A stretch of DNA of 64,000 nucleotides. It comes from the human T2T-CHM13v2.0 reference genome, Homo sapiens. The stretch lies in NCBI RefSeq assembly GCF_009914755.1, contig NC_060932.1. One strand, 5' to 3'. Within the stretch, counting starts at the first letter, position 1, and every line of letters starts with the position of its first letter. The translations under genes and the position numbers were made by a program. Shown here piece by piece: positions 1-12,300 of this stretch. The notes under the pieces were generated by a model. The model had not been told where the DNA came from and did not search any database. It worked only from the letters and a program-made list of their open reading frames with translations.

Positions 1-1028
1 GTATATTCTGTTGATTTGGGGTGGAGAGTTCTGTAGATGTCTATTAGGTCCACTTGGTGCAGAGCAGAGTTCAATTCCTGGATATCCTTGTTAACTTTCT
101 GTCTCCTTGATCTGTCTGATGTTGATAGTGGGGTGTTAAAGTCTCCCATTATTAATGTGTGGGAGTCTAAGTCTCTTTGTAGGCCTCTAAGGACTTGCTT
201 TATGAATCTGGGTGCCCCTGTATTGTGTGCATATATATTTAGAATAGTTAGCACTTCCTGTTGAATTGATCCCTTTACCATTATGTGATGGCCTTCTTTG
301 TGTCTTTTGATCTTTGTTGGTTTAAAGTCTGTTTTATCTGAGACCAGGATTGCAACCCCTGCCTTTTTTTTTGTTTTCCATTTGCTTGATAGATCTTCCT
401 CCATCCCTTTATTTTGAGCCTATGTGTGTCTCTGCATGTGAGATGGGAATCCTGAATACAGCACACTGATGGGTCTTGACTCTTTATCCAATTTGCCAGT
501 CTGTGTCTTTTAATTGGAGGATTTACCCCATTTACATTTAAGGTTAATATTGTTTTGTGTGAACTTGATCCTGTCATTATGATGTTAGCTGGTTATTTTG
601 CTCATTAGTTCATGCAGTTTCTTCCTAGCATCAATGGTCTTTACAATTTGGCATGTTTTTGCAGTGGTTGGTATCAGTTCTTCCTTTCCATGTTTAGTGC
701 TTCCATCAGGAGCTCTTGTAGGGCAGGCCTGGTGGTGACAAAAAGTCTCAGTGTTTGCTTGTCTGTAAAGGATTTTATTTCTCCTTCTCTTAGGAGCTTA
801 TTTTGGTTGGATATGAAATTCTGGGTTGAAAATTCTTTTCTTTAATAATGTTGAATATTGGCACCTACTCTCTTCTGGCTTTTAGAATTTCTGCTGAGAG
901 AACAGCTGTTAGTCTGATGGGCTTCCATTTGTGGGTAACCTGACCTTTCTCTCTGGCTGCCCTTAACATTTTTACCTGCATTTCAACTTTGATGAATCTC
1001 ACAGTTGTGTGTCCTGGAGTTGCTCTTT
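1..1028 (-). mobile_element. LINE-1 (L1PA4/5-like) inverted 5' segment: ORF1 3' half, inter-ORF spacer and ORF2 endonuclease start; continues left of the window
   Basis: Minus-strand ORF 281-577 [42 protein letters not shown] is the L1 ORF2p N-terminus, frameshifted. Flips to + strand L1 at ...ttgctcttt|tatgacaaagcc. Confidence 0.95.
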
Positions 1029-3173
1029 TATGACAAAGCCACAGCCAATATCATACTGAATGGACAAAAACTAGAAGCATTCCCTTTGAAAACTGGCACA
1101 ACAGAGGGATGCCCTCTCTCACCACTCATATTCAATATAGTGTTGGAAGTTCTGGCCACGGCAATATGGCAGGAGAAAGAAATAAAAGGTATTCAATTAA
1201 GAAAGAGGAAGTCAAATTGTCCCCGTTTGCAGATGACATGATTGTATATCTAGAAAACTCCAAAGTGTCAGCCCAAAACCTCCTTAATTTGACAAGCAAC
1301 CTCAGGAAAACTCAAGACACAAAATCAATGTGTAAAAATCACAAGCATTCTTATACACCAATAACAGACACACAGAGAGCCAAATCATGAGTGAACTCCC
1401 ATTCACAATTGCTTCAAAGAGAATAAAATACCTAGGAATCCAACTTACAAAGGACGTGAAGGACCTCTTCAAGGAGAGCTACAACCCACTGCTCAATGAA
1501 ATAAAAGAAGACACAAGCAAATAGAAGAACATTCCATGCTCATGGATAGGAAGAATCAATATCGTGAAAATGGCCATACTGCCCAAGGTAATTTATGGAT
1601 TCAAAGCCAGCCACATCAAGCCACCAATACCTTTCTTCACAGAAATGGAAAAAACTACTTTAAAGTTCATATAGAACCAAAAAAGAGCCCTCATTGCCAA
1701 GTCAATCCTAAGCCAAAAGAACCAAGCTGGAAACATCATGCTACCTGACTTCAAACTATACTACAAAGCTACAGTAACTAAAAAAAAACAGCATGGTACT
1801 GGTACTAAAACAGAGATATAGACCAAAGGAACAAAACAGAGCTCTCAGAAATAATGCCACACATCTACAACCATCTGATCTTTGACAAAACTGACAAAAC
1901 TAAGAAATGGGGAAGGATTCCCTATTCAATAAATGGTGCTGGGAAAACTGGCTAGCCATATGTAGAAAGCTGAAACTGGATCCCTTGCTTACACCTTATA
2001 CAAAAATTAATTCAAGATGGATTAAAGACTTAAATGTTATGCTTAAAACCATAAAAACCCTAGAAGAAAATCTAGGCAATACCATTCAGAACATAGGCAA
2101 CGGCAAGGACTTCATGCCTAAAACACCAAAAACAATGGTAACAAAAGCCAACATTGAGAAAAGGGATCTAATTAAACTAAAGAGCTTCTGCACAGCAAAA
2201 GAAACTACCATCAGACTGAACAGGCAACCTACAGAATTGGAGAAAATTTTTGCCATCTACTCCTCTGACAAATGGCTAATATCCAGAATCTACAATGAAC
2301 TCAAACAAATTTACAAGAAAAAACAAACAACCCCATCAAAAAGTGGGCAAAGGATATGAACAGACACTTCTCAATGGAAGACATTTTTACATACAACAGA
2401 CATGAGAAAATGCTCATCATCACTGGCCGTCAGAGAAGCGCACATCAAAGCCACAATGAGATAGCATCTCATACTAGTTAGAATGGCGATCACTAAAAAG
2501 TCAGGAAACAACAGGTGCTGGAGAGGATGTGGAGAAATAGGAACACTTTTACGATGTTGGTGGGATTGTAAAGTAGTTCAACATCTGTGGAAGACAGTGT
2601 GACAATTCCACAAGGATCTAGAACTAGGAAAACCATTTGACCCAGCCATCTCATTACTGGGTGTATGCCCAAAGGATTATAAATCATGCTGCTATAAAGA
2701 CACATGCACACGTATGTTTATTGCAGCACTATTCACAATAGCAAAGACTTGGAACCAACCCAAATGTCCATCAATGATAGACTGGGTTAAGAAAATGTGG
2801 CACATATACACCATGGAATACTATGCAGCCACAAAACAGGATGAGTTCATGTCCTTTGTAGGGACATGGATGAAGCTGGAAACCATCATTCTCCGCAAAC
2901 TATCACAAGGACAAAAAACCAAACACTGCAAATTCTCACTCATAGGTGGGGATTGAACAATGAGAATGCTTGGTTGCAGGGAAGGGAGCATCACACACTG
3001 GGACCGGTTGTGGGGTTGGGTGAAGGGGGAGGGATATCACTAGGAGATATACCTAATATAAATGATGAGTTAATGGGTGCAGCACAACAATATGGCACAC
3101 GTATACATATGTAACCAACTTGCACGTTGTGAACATGTACCCTAGAACTTAAAGTATAATAATAATAATAAAA
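1029..3173 (+). mobile_element. LINE-1 3' segment (ORF2 RT/C-terminal remnant, 3'UTR, A-rich tail), L1PA4/5-like
   Basis: ORF fragments [58 protein letters not shown]; ends cctagaacttaaagtataataataataataaaa. Subfamily inferred from the 3'UTR (taaatgatgagttaatgggtgcag). Confidence 0.95.
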
Positions 3174-6100
3174 TCTAGAAAGAAACTTTCCATAAAACTG
3201 CGTTGTGATGTATGGATTCATCTAAAAGAGTTTAATCTTTCTTTTGATTCAGTATGATGAGAATACTCTTCTTGTAGAATGTGTGAAGAGACATTTCGGA
3301 GCCCATGGGGTAAAACTGAATATCACCAGATAAAAACTAGAAAGAAGGTATCTGTGATACTGCTTTGTGTTGTGTGGATTCTTCTCATGGAAATAAACCT
3401 TTCCATTGACTCAGCAGGTTGGAAACACTCTTTTTATAGTATCCTCAAAGAAACATTTATGACCCTATAAAGCCCTAGGGGGAAAACTGAATATCCCCAG
3501 ATAAAAATGGGAAAGAAGGTATATGTGAACCTGCTTTGATTTGTGTGGGTTTATTTCACATAGTTAAACCTTTCTTTTGATTCAGCAGATAGGAAACACT
3601 CTTGCTGGAAAATCTTCAAAGGAGATTTTGGAGCCCATTTTTGTCCATGGAAAAAAAGCTAATATCATTAGATAAATCCTACAAAGAAGTTATCTGTGAA
3701 ACTGCTTTGTGAGTGTGAATTCATTTCACAGACTTAAGCATTTCAATGGATTCAACAGGTTGGAAACACTTTTTTTGGAGAATGTGCAAAGGGACATTTG
3801 CCAGCCCATTGAAGTCTATGGGGAAAAACTGAATATCCACAGATAAAAACTAGAAAGAAGCTATCTGTGAAAACTGCTTTGTAATGTGTGGACTCATCTC
3901 ACAGGGCTAAACTTTTTTTTTGGATTCAGCCTGCTGGAAACACTGTTTTTGAACAATCAGCAAAAAAAAATAATGCACCCTTTGAGGCCTATGGAGAAAA
4001 ACAATATCCCTATGTAAAAATTATAAGGAAGCTAACTGTGAAACTGCTTTCTTGTGGGTGGATTCATCACACAGATTTAAACCTTTCCTTTGATTCAGCA
4101 TTTTGGAAACCCTCTGAATGGAGATCTGGAAAGGGACATTTGGAAGCATATTAAAGCCTGTGGGGGAAAAAACGTAATATTCCCAGGTAAAAGCCAGAAG
4201 GAAGCTATGTGTGAAACTGCTTTATGATGTGTTGATTCATCTCAAAGAGGTAAACCTTTCATTTGGTTTCATAGGTTGGAAACACTCTTTTTGGAGAATA
4301 TGCAAAGTAACATTTGGGAACACTTTGAGGTCTATAAGGAGAAACAGAATGTCCCCAGATAAAAACTAGAATGAAGTTATCTGTGAAACTGCTTTGGGAT
4401 GTGTGGATTCACCTCACAGAGATAAACCTTCCTTTTCATTCGGCATCTTGGAAACAGTCTTTATGTAGAGTCTGTGAAGGAACATTTGGGGACTGTTTGA
4501 AGCCTATGGCAAAGAACTGAATATCCCCAGATAAAAACAAAAAAGAAGCTATCTGTGAAACTGCTTTGTGTTGTGTTGATTCATCTCACTGAGTTAAACC
4601 TGTTTTTTCATCCAGCAGTTTGGAGCACTCTTTTTAGAGAACCTGTGAAGGAACACTTTGAACTGCATTGAGACCTATATGTAAAAACAAAATATCCACA
4701 GATAAAAACAGGAAGAAGATATCTGTGAAACTTGTCTGTGTTGTGTGGATTCATCTCACAAGGTTAAAACTTTTTTTGGTCCAACAGGTTTGAAACACAC
4801 ATTTTGGAGAATCTGTGAAGGAACAATTTATAGCCCTTTGAGGCCTATAAGTAAAAACAGAATATTCCCAGATAAAAACTACAAATAACCTATCTGTGAA
4901 ACTGCATTGTTTTGTGTGGATTCATGTCAGAGAGTTAAACGTTTCCTTTATGCATCTTGTTGGAAACACTCTTTTTAGGGAATCTGAGAATAGACCGTTG
5001 GGAGCCCACTGAGGCCTATGGGGAAAAGTGAATATTTCCAGACAAAAACTAGAAAGACTTCTTTATCTGTGAAATCACTTTGTGTGTGTGGATGAATGTT
5101 ACAGAGTTAAACCTTTCTTTTAATTCAGCAGGTTGGAGACTTTCTTTTTGTAGGATCTGTGATGGGACATTTGGGACCACTTGAGGCCTATGGGAAAAAA
5201 ACGAATATCTCCAGAGAAAAACTAGAAATAAGCTATCTATGAAACTGATTTTTGATGTGTGGATTAATCTCACAGAGTTAAACCTTTCTTTTAATCCAGC
5301 AGATTGGAAACACTCTTCTTGGAGAATATGCAAGGCGACATTTTGCAGCCCATAGATCACTATGGTGAAAAACCGAATATCCCCAAATAAAAGCTAGGAA
5401 GAAGCAAGATGTGAAACTACTTTGTGATGTGTGCATTCCTATCCCAGAGTTAAATTTTTCAGTTGCTTCAGCAGGTTAGAAACACTATTTGTGGAGCTTC
5501 TGCGAAGGCACAGTTGGGAGCCCATGAAGCTAGTGAAGAAAAACCGAATATCCCGAGGTAAAACCTGGAGAGAAGCTATCTGTGAAACTGCTTTGTTATG
5601 TGTGGATTCAACTCAAAAATTAAGCTTTTCTTTTGATTCAGCATGTTGGAAACACTCTTTTTGGAGGAACTTTGAAGGGACATTTGAAGCCATTTGTGCA
5701 TTATAAGTAAAAACCAAATATCCGCAGATAAAAACTAGTCAAAGAAGCTATCTGAGAAATTGCTTTGTGTTGTGTGGATTCATCTCACAGAGTTAAACCT
5801 TTCTTTTGATACAGCACTTTGGAAACATTCTTTCTTGAAAATCAGCAAAGAGACATTTGGGAGCCCATTGAAGCTAATGGGAAAAAAATCAAATATCTCC
5901 ATATAAAAACTAGAAAGAAGCTTTCTATGAAACTGCTTTGTGATGTGTGGATTCGTTTCCCAAAGGTAAACGTTTCTATTGATACAGCAGGTTGAAAACA
6001 CTCTTCCTGTAGAATCTGTGAGGGGACTTTTCGGAGCCCAATGAGGCCAGGGAGAAAAATCAAATATACCCAGATAAAAACTAGAAAGAAGCTATTTGTG

Positions 6101-9092
6101 AAACTGCTTTATGATGTATGGATTCATCTCACAGAGGTAAATTTTTCTTCTTATTCAGCAGGTTGAAAACACTCTATTTGTTTAATCTACTAATGGACGT
6201 TTTAAGGCCCACTGATGCATATGGGGAGAAACTGAACATCCCCAGATAAAAATTAGAAAGAAACTAACTGTAGAACTGATTTTTGTTGTGGGGATTTATC
6301 TCAAAGATTTAATTCTTTCATTGGGTTCACCAGGTTGGAAACGCTCTTTTTGGAGAATCTGTGAAAGGACATTTGAAAGTCCATTGTCGCCTGTCTGGGA
6401 AAGCAGATTATCCCAAGATAAAAAGTAGAAACAAGATATCTGTGAAATGGCCTAGTGTTGTTTAGATTCATCTCACAGAATTAAATCTTATTTTTGATTC
6501 AGTAGGTTGGAAACACTCTTTTTGGAGAATCTGAGAAGAGACATTTGAGAGCACTTTGGAGCTTATGGGGAAAAACTAAATATCCCAATATAAAAATTAG
6601 AAGAAGCTATCTGTGAAACTGCTCTGTTATGTGTGGATACATCTCACAGAGCTAAAGTTTTCTTTTGATTCAGTAGGTTGTAAACACTCTTATTCGAAAA
6701 TCTGCAAAGGGATATATGGGTTCCATTGAAGTCAAAAGGGAAAAAGTGAATATCCCTTTAAAAAACTAGAATGAAGCTATCTGTGAGACTGATTTTGGAG
6801 GTGTGGATGAATCTCATAGGGTTAAAACTTTCCTTTGATTCAGAAGGAATCACTCTTCTTATAGAAGAGTGGAAGCACTCTTCTTATAGAATCTGTAAAG
6901 GGACATTTGGAAGCCCATGGAAGCCTAGGAGAAAAACTGAATATCCCCAGATTAAAACTAAAAGGAAGCTATCTGTGAAACTGCTTTGTGATGTGTGGAT
7001 TCATGTCACAGAGTTAAATTTTTCTTCTGATTCAGCAGGTTGGAAACATACTTTTTGTAGAATCTGCAGAGGGATATTTGGAAGCCCATTGAGGCTTATG
7101 CATAAAAATGGAATATCCACAGATAAAACCTACAAAGAATCTAACTGTGAAACTGCTTTGTGATGTGTGGATTTATTTCACAGATGTGAATCTTTCTTTT
7201 GATTTGGAAGATTGTAAACACTCTTTTTGGAGTATCAATGAAAGGACATTTGGAAAAAAGTATTATCCCAAGATAAAAACTAGAAAGAAGCTATCAGTGA
7301 AATATCATTGTGATGTGTGAACTCATCTCTCAGAGGTAAACATTTCTTTTGATTCAGCAGGTTGGAAACACACTTTTTGTAGAATCGGTGAAGGGACATT
7401 TGCAGCTTTTTGAGGCCAACGGGGAAAAAAAAGAATATCCCAAGATAAAAGGTAGAAAGAGGCTGCCTGTGTAACTTCTTCTGATGTGTGGATTCAACTC
7501 ACAGAGTTAATCCTAGCTTTTATTCCTCAGGTTGCAAACACTATTTTTCAAGAATCTGCAAAGAGACTTTTGGGAACCCTTTGAGGCTTATGAAGAAAAA
7601 TCAATTATCCCAAGGTAAAAACTAGATAGAAGCTATATGTCAAACTGTTTTGTGATGTGAGGATTCATCTCACAGAGTTAAACATTTCTTTTGATTCAGC
7701 AGGTTGTAAAATCTCTTTTTGGAGAATCTGAAAAGGAACAGTTCAGAACCCATTGAGGCCTAAGGAGAAAAACTGAATATCCCCAGATAAAAACTAGAAA
7801 AAAGCTATCTGTTGAACTGCTTCTTGATATGTGCATTAATCTCACAGAGTTAAATCTTTCTTCTTCCCCAGCAGGAAAACACTTTTTTTTGGAGAATGTG
7901 TAAAGGAACATTTTGCAGCCCATTGATCACCACGGGGGAAAAATGAATATACATGAATAAATACCATAAAGAAGCAATGTGTGAAACTGCTTTGTGATGT
8001 CTGCATTCCTATCTCATAGTTAAATTTCTTAGTTGACTCAGCAGGTTGGAAACACTATTCTTGGAAAATCTGTGAAGGGACTTTTGGGAGCCCATTGAGG
8101 CTAATGGGGAAAAACAGAATATCCCCAGATAAAAACTAGAATAAAGATACCTGTGAAACTGCTTTGTGATATGTTGATTCATCTCACATAGTTAAACCTT
8201 TGTTTTAACCAGCAGGCTGGAAACTCTTTTTGTAGAATCTGCCATGGTACTTTTGGGACCCCACTGAAACCTATGGGGAAAAACTGAATATCCCCAGATA
8301 AATCTAGAAAGAAGCTTTCTGTGAAAACGCTTTGTGATGTGTAGATTCATCTCACAAAGGTAAACGTTTCTACTGATTCAGCAGGTTGAAAGCACTATTT
8401 CTGGATATCTGTGAAAAAAAAATTGTGCACCCATTGAGGCCTATGGGGAAAAACCAAATGTCCAAAGATAAAAAACAGAAAGAAGCTATTTTTGAAACTG
8501 CTTTGTGATGTGTGAATTCACTTCATGGAGCTACATTTTTCTTTTGATTCAGCAGGTTGGAAACACTCTCTTTTTAGAATCTGTGAACAAACATTTGAGG
8601 GCCCTTTGAGGTCTACAGAGAGAAAGCAAATATCCCCCAATAAAGAAAGAAGCTAGCTGTGAAAGTTCTTTTTCATGTGTGGTTTTATTTCATGGAGTTA
8701 AATCTTTCTTTGATTCAGCAGGTTGGAAACACTCTTTTTGGAGAACCTGTGAAAGGACATTAGGGAGTACATTGTTGCCTATGGGGAAAAGCAGAATATC
8801 CCCAGATAGAAACTAGAAAGAAGATTTCTGTGAAACTGCTTTGTGATGTGTGGATTCATCTGACAAAGTTAAACCTTTCTTTTGATTCAGCAGGTTGAAA
8901 ACACTCTTTTTGGAGGATCTGCATAGGGATATTTTGGTGCCATAGAGACCTTAGAAGAAAAACTGAATATCCCCAGATAAAAATTAGAATAAAGTTATCT
9001 GTGGAACTGCTTTGGGATATGTGGATTCATCTCACAGTGTTAAATTTTCTTTTCATTCAGTAGCTTGGAAACACCCTTTTTGTAAAATCTGT
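3174..9092 (+). repeat. Ancient monomeric alpha-satellite (~171-bp diverged monomers)
   Basis: Recurrent aaaactagaaagaagctatctgtgaaactgctttgtgatgtgtggattcatctcacagagttaaa...gattcagcaggttggaaacactc...gggagcccattgaggcctatgggg at ~171-bp period; no CENP-B boxes seen. Confidence 0.97.
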
Positions 9093-9095
9093 TTG

Positions 9096-9318
9096 GATTA
9101 GAAACAGAAAAAATAAGCATTGAAAAGGCAGGTACAGGAGACCAGAGCATCAGTGGCTTGCTCACAGCCCAGAGCTCTTGGACTCCACCCAATTTATTGT
9201 TTTACAAGCTCTCTCTTCTTAGAGCAGATGGGAGGGTTAGGAAGGGATGAGACAAAGGATTTATGAGTGAAGGAGAACTCATGAGTCTTTTGACATGATA
9301 TATAGCAGTGACGAGTTC
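9096..9318 (-). mobile_element. Orphan fragment of an LTR14-type (HERV-K14/HML-1) LTR at a satellite strand switch
   Basis: 9161-9310 aligns ungapped to 16420-16569 (about 28 mismatches in 150 by eye); contains a minus-strand AATAAA; no TG...CA termini. Confidence 0.88.
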
Positions 9319-12300
9319 TAGCTTCTCCCTAGTTTTTATCTAGGGATATTCAGTTTTTCCAGATAGGCCTCAATGGGATTCCAAATGTCCCTTTGAGGAT
9401 TCCCCAAGAAGACTGTTTACAACCTGCTGAATCTAAAGAAATGCTTAACTCTGTGAGATGAATCCACGCATCACAAAGCAATATCACTGAAAGATTATTT
9501 TTAGTTTTTATATGAGGATATTCAGTTTTTCCTCGTAGTCCTCAATGTCCCTTTGCATATTCTACAAAAAGAGTGTTTCCAACCTGCTTAATCAAAAGAT
9601 AGTTTTAAGTCTGTGAGATGAATCTACACATCACAAAACAGTTTCACAAGTAGCTCTTTCTAGTTTTCATATGGGTATATTCAGTTTTTCCATATAGGCC
9701 TCAATGAGCTCCCAAATATTTCTTTGCAGGTTCTTTAAAAACAGTATTTCCAATATGCTGAATCAAAACAGAGGTTTAACTCTTTGAGAATTCACACCTC
9801 ACAAAGCAGTTTCACAGATAGGTCCTTTGTAGTTTTTATCCTGGGGTTTTCACTTTATTCTCATAGGCCTCAATGGGCTCTCAAAGTCCATTCACAGATT
9901 CTCCAAAAGGAGTGTTTCCCACCTCCTGAATCAAAAGAAAAGTTTAACTCTGTGAGATGAATCCACACATCACAAAGAAGTTTCCCAGATTGCTTCTTTC
10001 CAGTTTTTATCTGGGGATATTTTGTTTTTCCTCATAGGCCTCAAAGGGCTCCCAAATGTTTCTTCATAGATTCTCCAAAAGGAGTGTCTTCAACCTCCTG
10101 GACCAAAAGAAAGGTTTAAGTCCATGAGATGAATCCATACAATACAAAACAATTTCACAGATAGCTTCCTTCTAGTTTTCATCTGGGGATATTCTGTTTT
10201 CATCTATAGGCCTCAATGGGCTCCTAAATGTCCCTTTGCAGATTCTACATAAAGATTGTTTCCAACCGGCTGGATGAAATGATAAGCTAAATTCTGTCAG
10301 ATGAACCCACACATCAAAAAGCAGTTTCAGAGATAGTTTCCTTCTCGTTTTTATGTGAGAATATTCTGTTTTTTACCATAGGTCTCAATGGGCTTCCAAA
10401 TAACATTTCACTGATACTGCAATTAGAGTGTTTCCAACCTGGTGAATCAAAAGGAGGTATTATTTCTGTGAGATGAATTCACACGTCACAAAGCAGTTTC
10501 ACAGATATGTTCTTTCTAGTTTTTATCTCGGGATATTCAGTGTTTCCACATAGGCCTCAATGGGCTCCCAAATGTCTTTTCACAGATTATGTTAAAAAAA
10601 ATTGCCAACCTGCCTAATCAAAAGAAAGGCTTAACTCTGCGTGATGAAGCCATACATCACAAAGCACTTTCACAGATAGCTTCTTTCTAGTTTTTATCTG
10701 GGGATATTCAGTTTTTCCTCATAGGCCTCAAAGGTATCCCATATGTTTCCTCACAGATTCTCAAAAAAAGAGTGTTTTCAACCTGCTGGATCAAAAGAAA
10801 GTTTGAAATCTGTCAGATGAATACACACAACACCAAGCAGTTTCATACATAGCATCTTTCTAGTTTCTATCTGGGGTTATTGTGTTTTTCCACATAGGCC
10901 AAATTGGTGTCCAAAACGTCCCTATGAAGATTCTACATAAAGATCTTTTTCCAACCTACTGGATGAAGAGAAAGTTTAAATCTGTGAGATGAATCCACAC
11001 ATCAAAAGTCACTTTCACATATAGCTTCCTTCGAGTTTTTATCTGAGGATATTCAGTTTTTTAAAATAGGCACTAGAGGGCTGCCAAATGTCCCTTTGAC
11101 GATTCTCCAAAGAGAGTGTTTCCAACCTGCTGAATCAAAAGAAAGGTTTAACTCTGTGAGATGAATTCACACATCACAAGGCAGTTTCACAGATAGCTTC
11201 CTTCTCGTTTTGATCTGAGGATATTCAGTGTTTCCGCATAGTCTCAATGGGCTCAATGGGCTTCCAAATATCCCTTCACAGATTCTCCAAAAAGAGTGTT
11301 TCCAACTTGCTGAATCAAAAAAAAAAAAAAAAAGATTTAACTTTGAGAGATGAATCCACACATCAGAAAGCAGTTTCACTGATAGCTTCTTTCTCGTATT
11401 TATTTAGGGGTATTCAGCTTTTCCCCATAGACTTTAATGGGCTCTCAAATGTCCCTTCACAGATTCTACAAAAAGAGTGTTTCCAATCTGCTGAATCAAA
11501 GAAAGTATTAACTCTCTGAGATGAATCCACACATCACAAAGCCATTTCACAGACAGCTTCTTTCTACTTTTTATCTGGGGACATTCTGTATTACCACATA
11601 GGCCTTAATGTGCTCCCAAATGTCCATTAACAGATTCTCAAATAAATGGTTTCCTACCCGCTGAACCAAAAGAAGAGTTTAACACTGTGGGATAAATCCA
11701 CAGATCACAAAGAAGTTTCATATACAGATAATTTCTGGTTTTTATATGGGGATATAAAGTTTTTTCCCATAGTCTTCAGTGCTCCCCCAAATGTAACTTC
11801 ACATATCCTTCAAAAGAGTGTTTCAAATCTGCTGAATTAAAAGAAAGGTTTAACTCTGTGAGATGAATCCACACATCATAAAGAAGTTTCCCAGATAGCT
11901 TTTTTCTAGTTTTTATTTGGGGATATTCTGTTTTTCCACATAAGCCTCAATGAGCTCACAAATGTCCCTTGGCAGTTTCTTTAAAAACAGAGTTTCCAAG
12001 CTCCTGAATCAAAACAAAAGTTTAACCTTATGAGGTGAATCCAGACGTCACAAAGCAGTTTAACAGATAGGTTCTTTCTAATTTTTATCTGGGGATATTT
12101 GGTTTGTTTCCATAGGCCTCAATAAGCTGCCAGAAGTCCCTTCACAAATTCTCCCAGAAGAGTGTTTCCAACCTGCTGAATCAAAAAGAAGTTTTAACTC
12201 TGTGAGATGAATCCACAGCCCACGAAGCAGTTTCACAGATTGGTTCTTTCTAGTTTTTTGGGGGTTAATTGGATTTTTCCCATAGGCCTCAATGGGCTCC

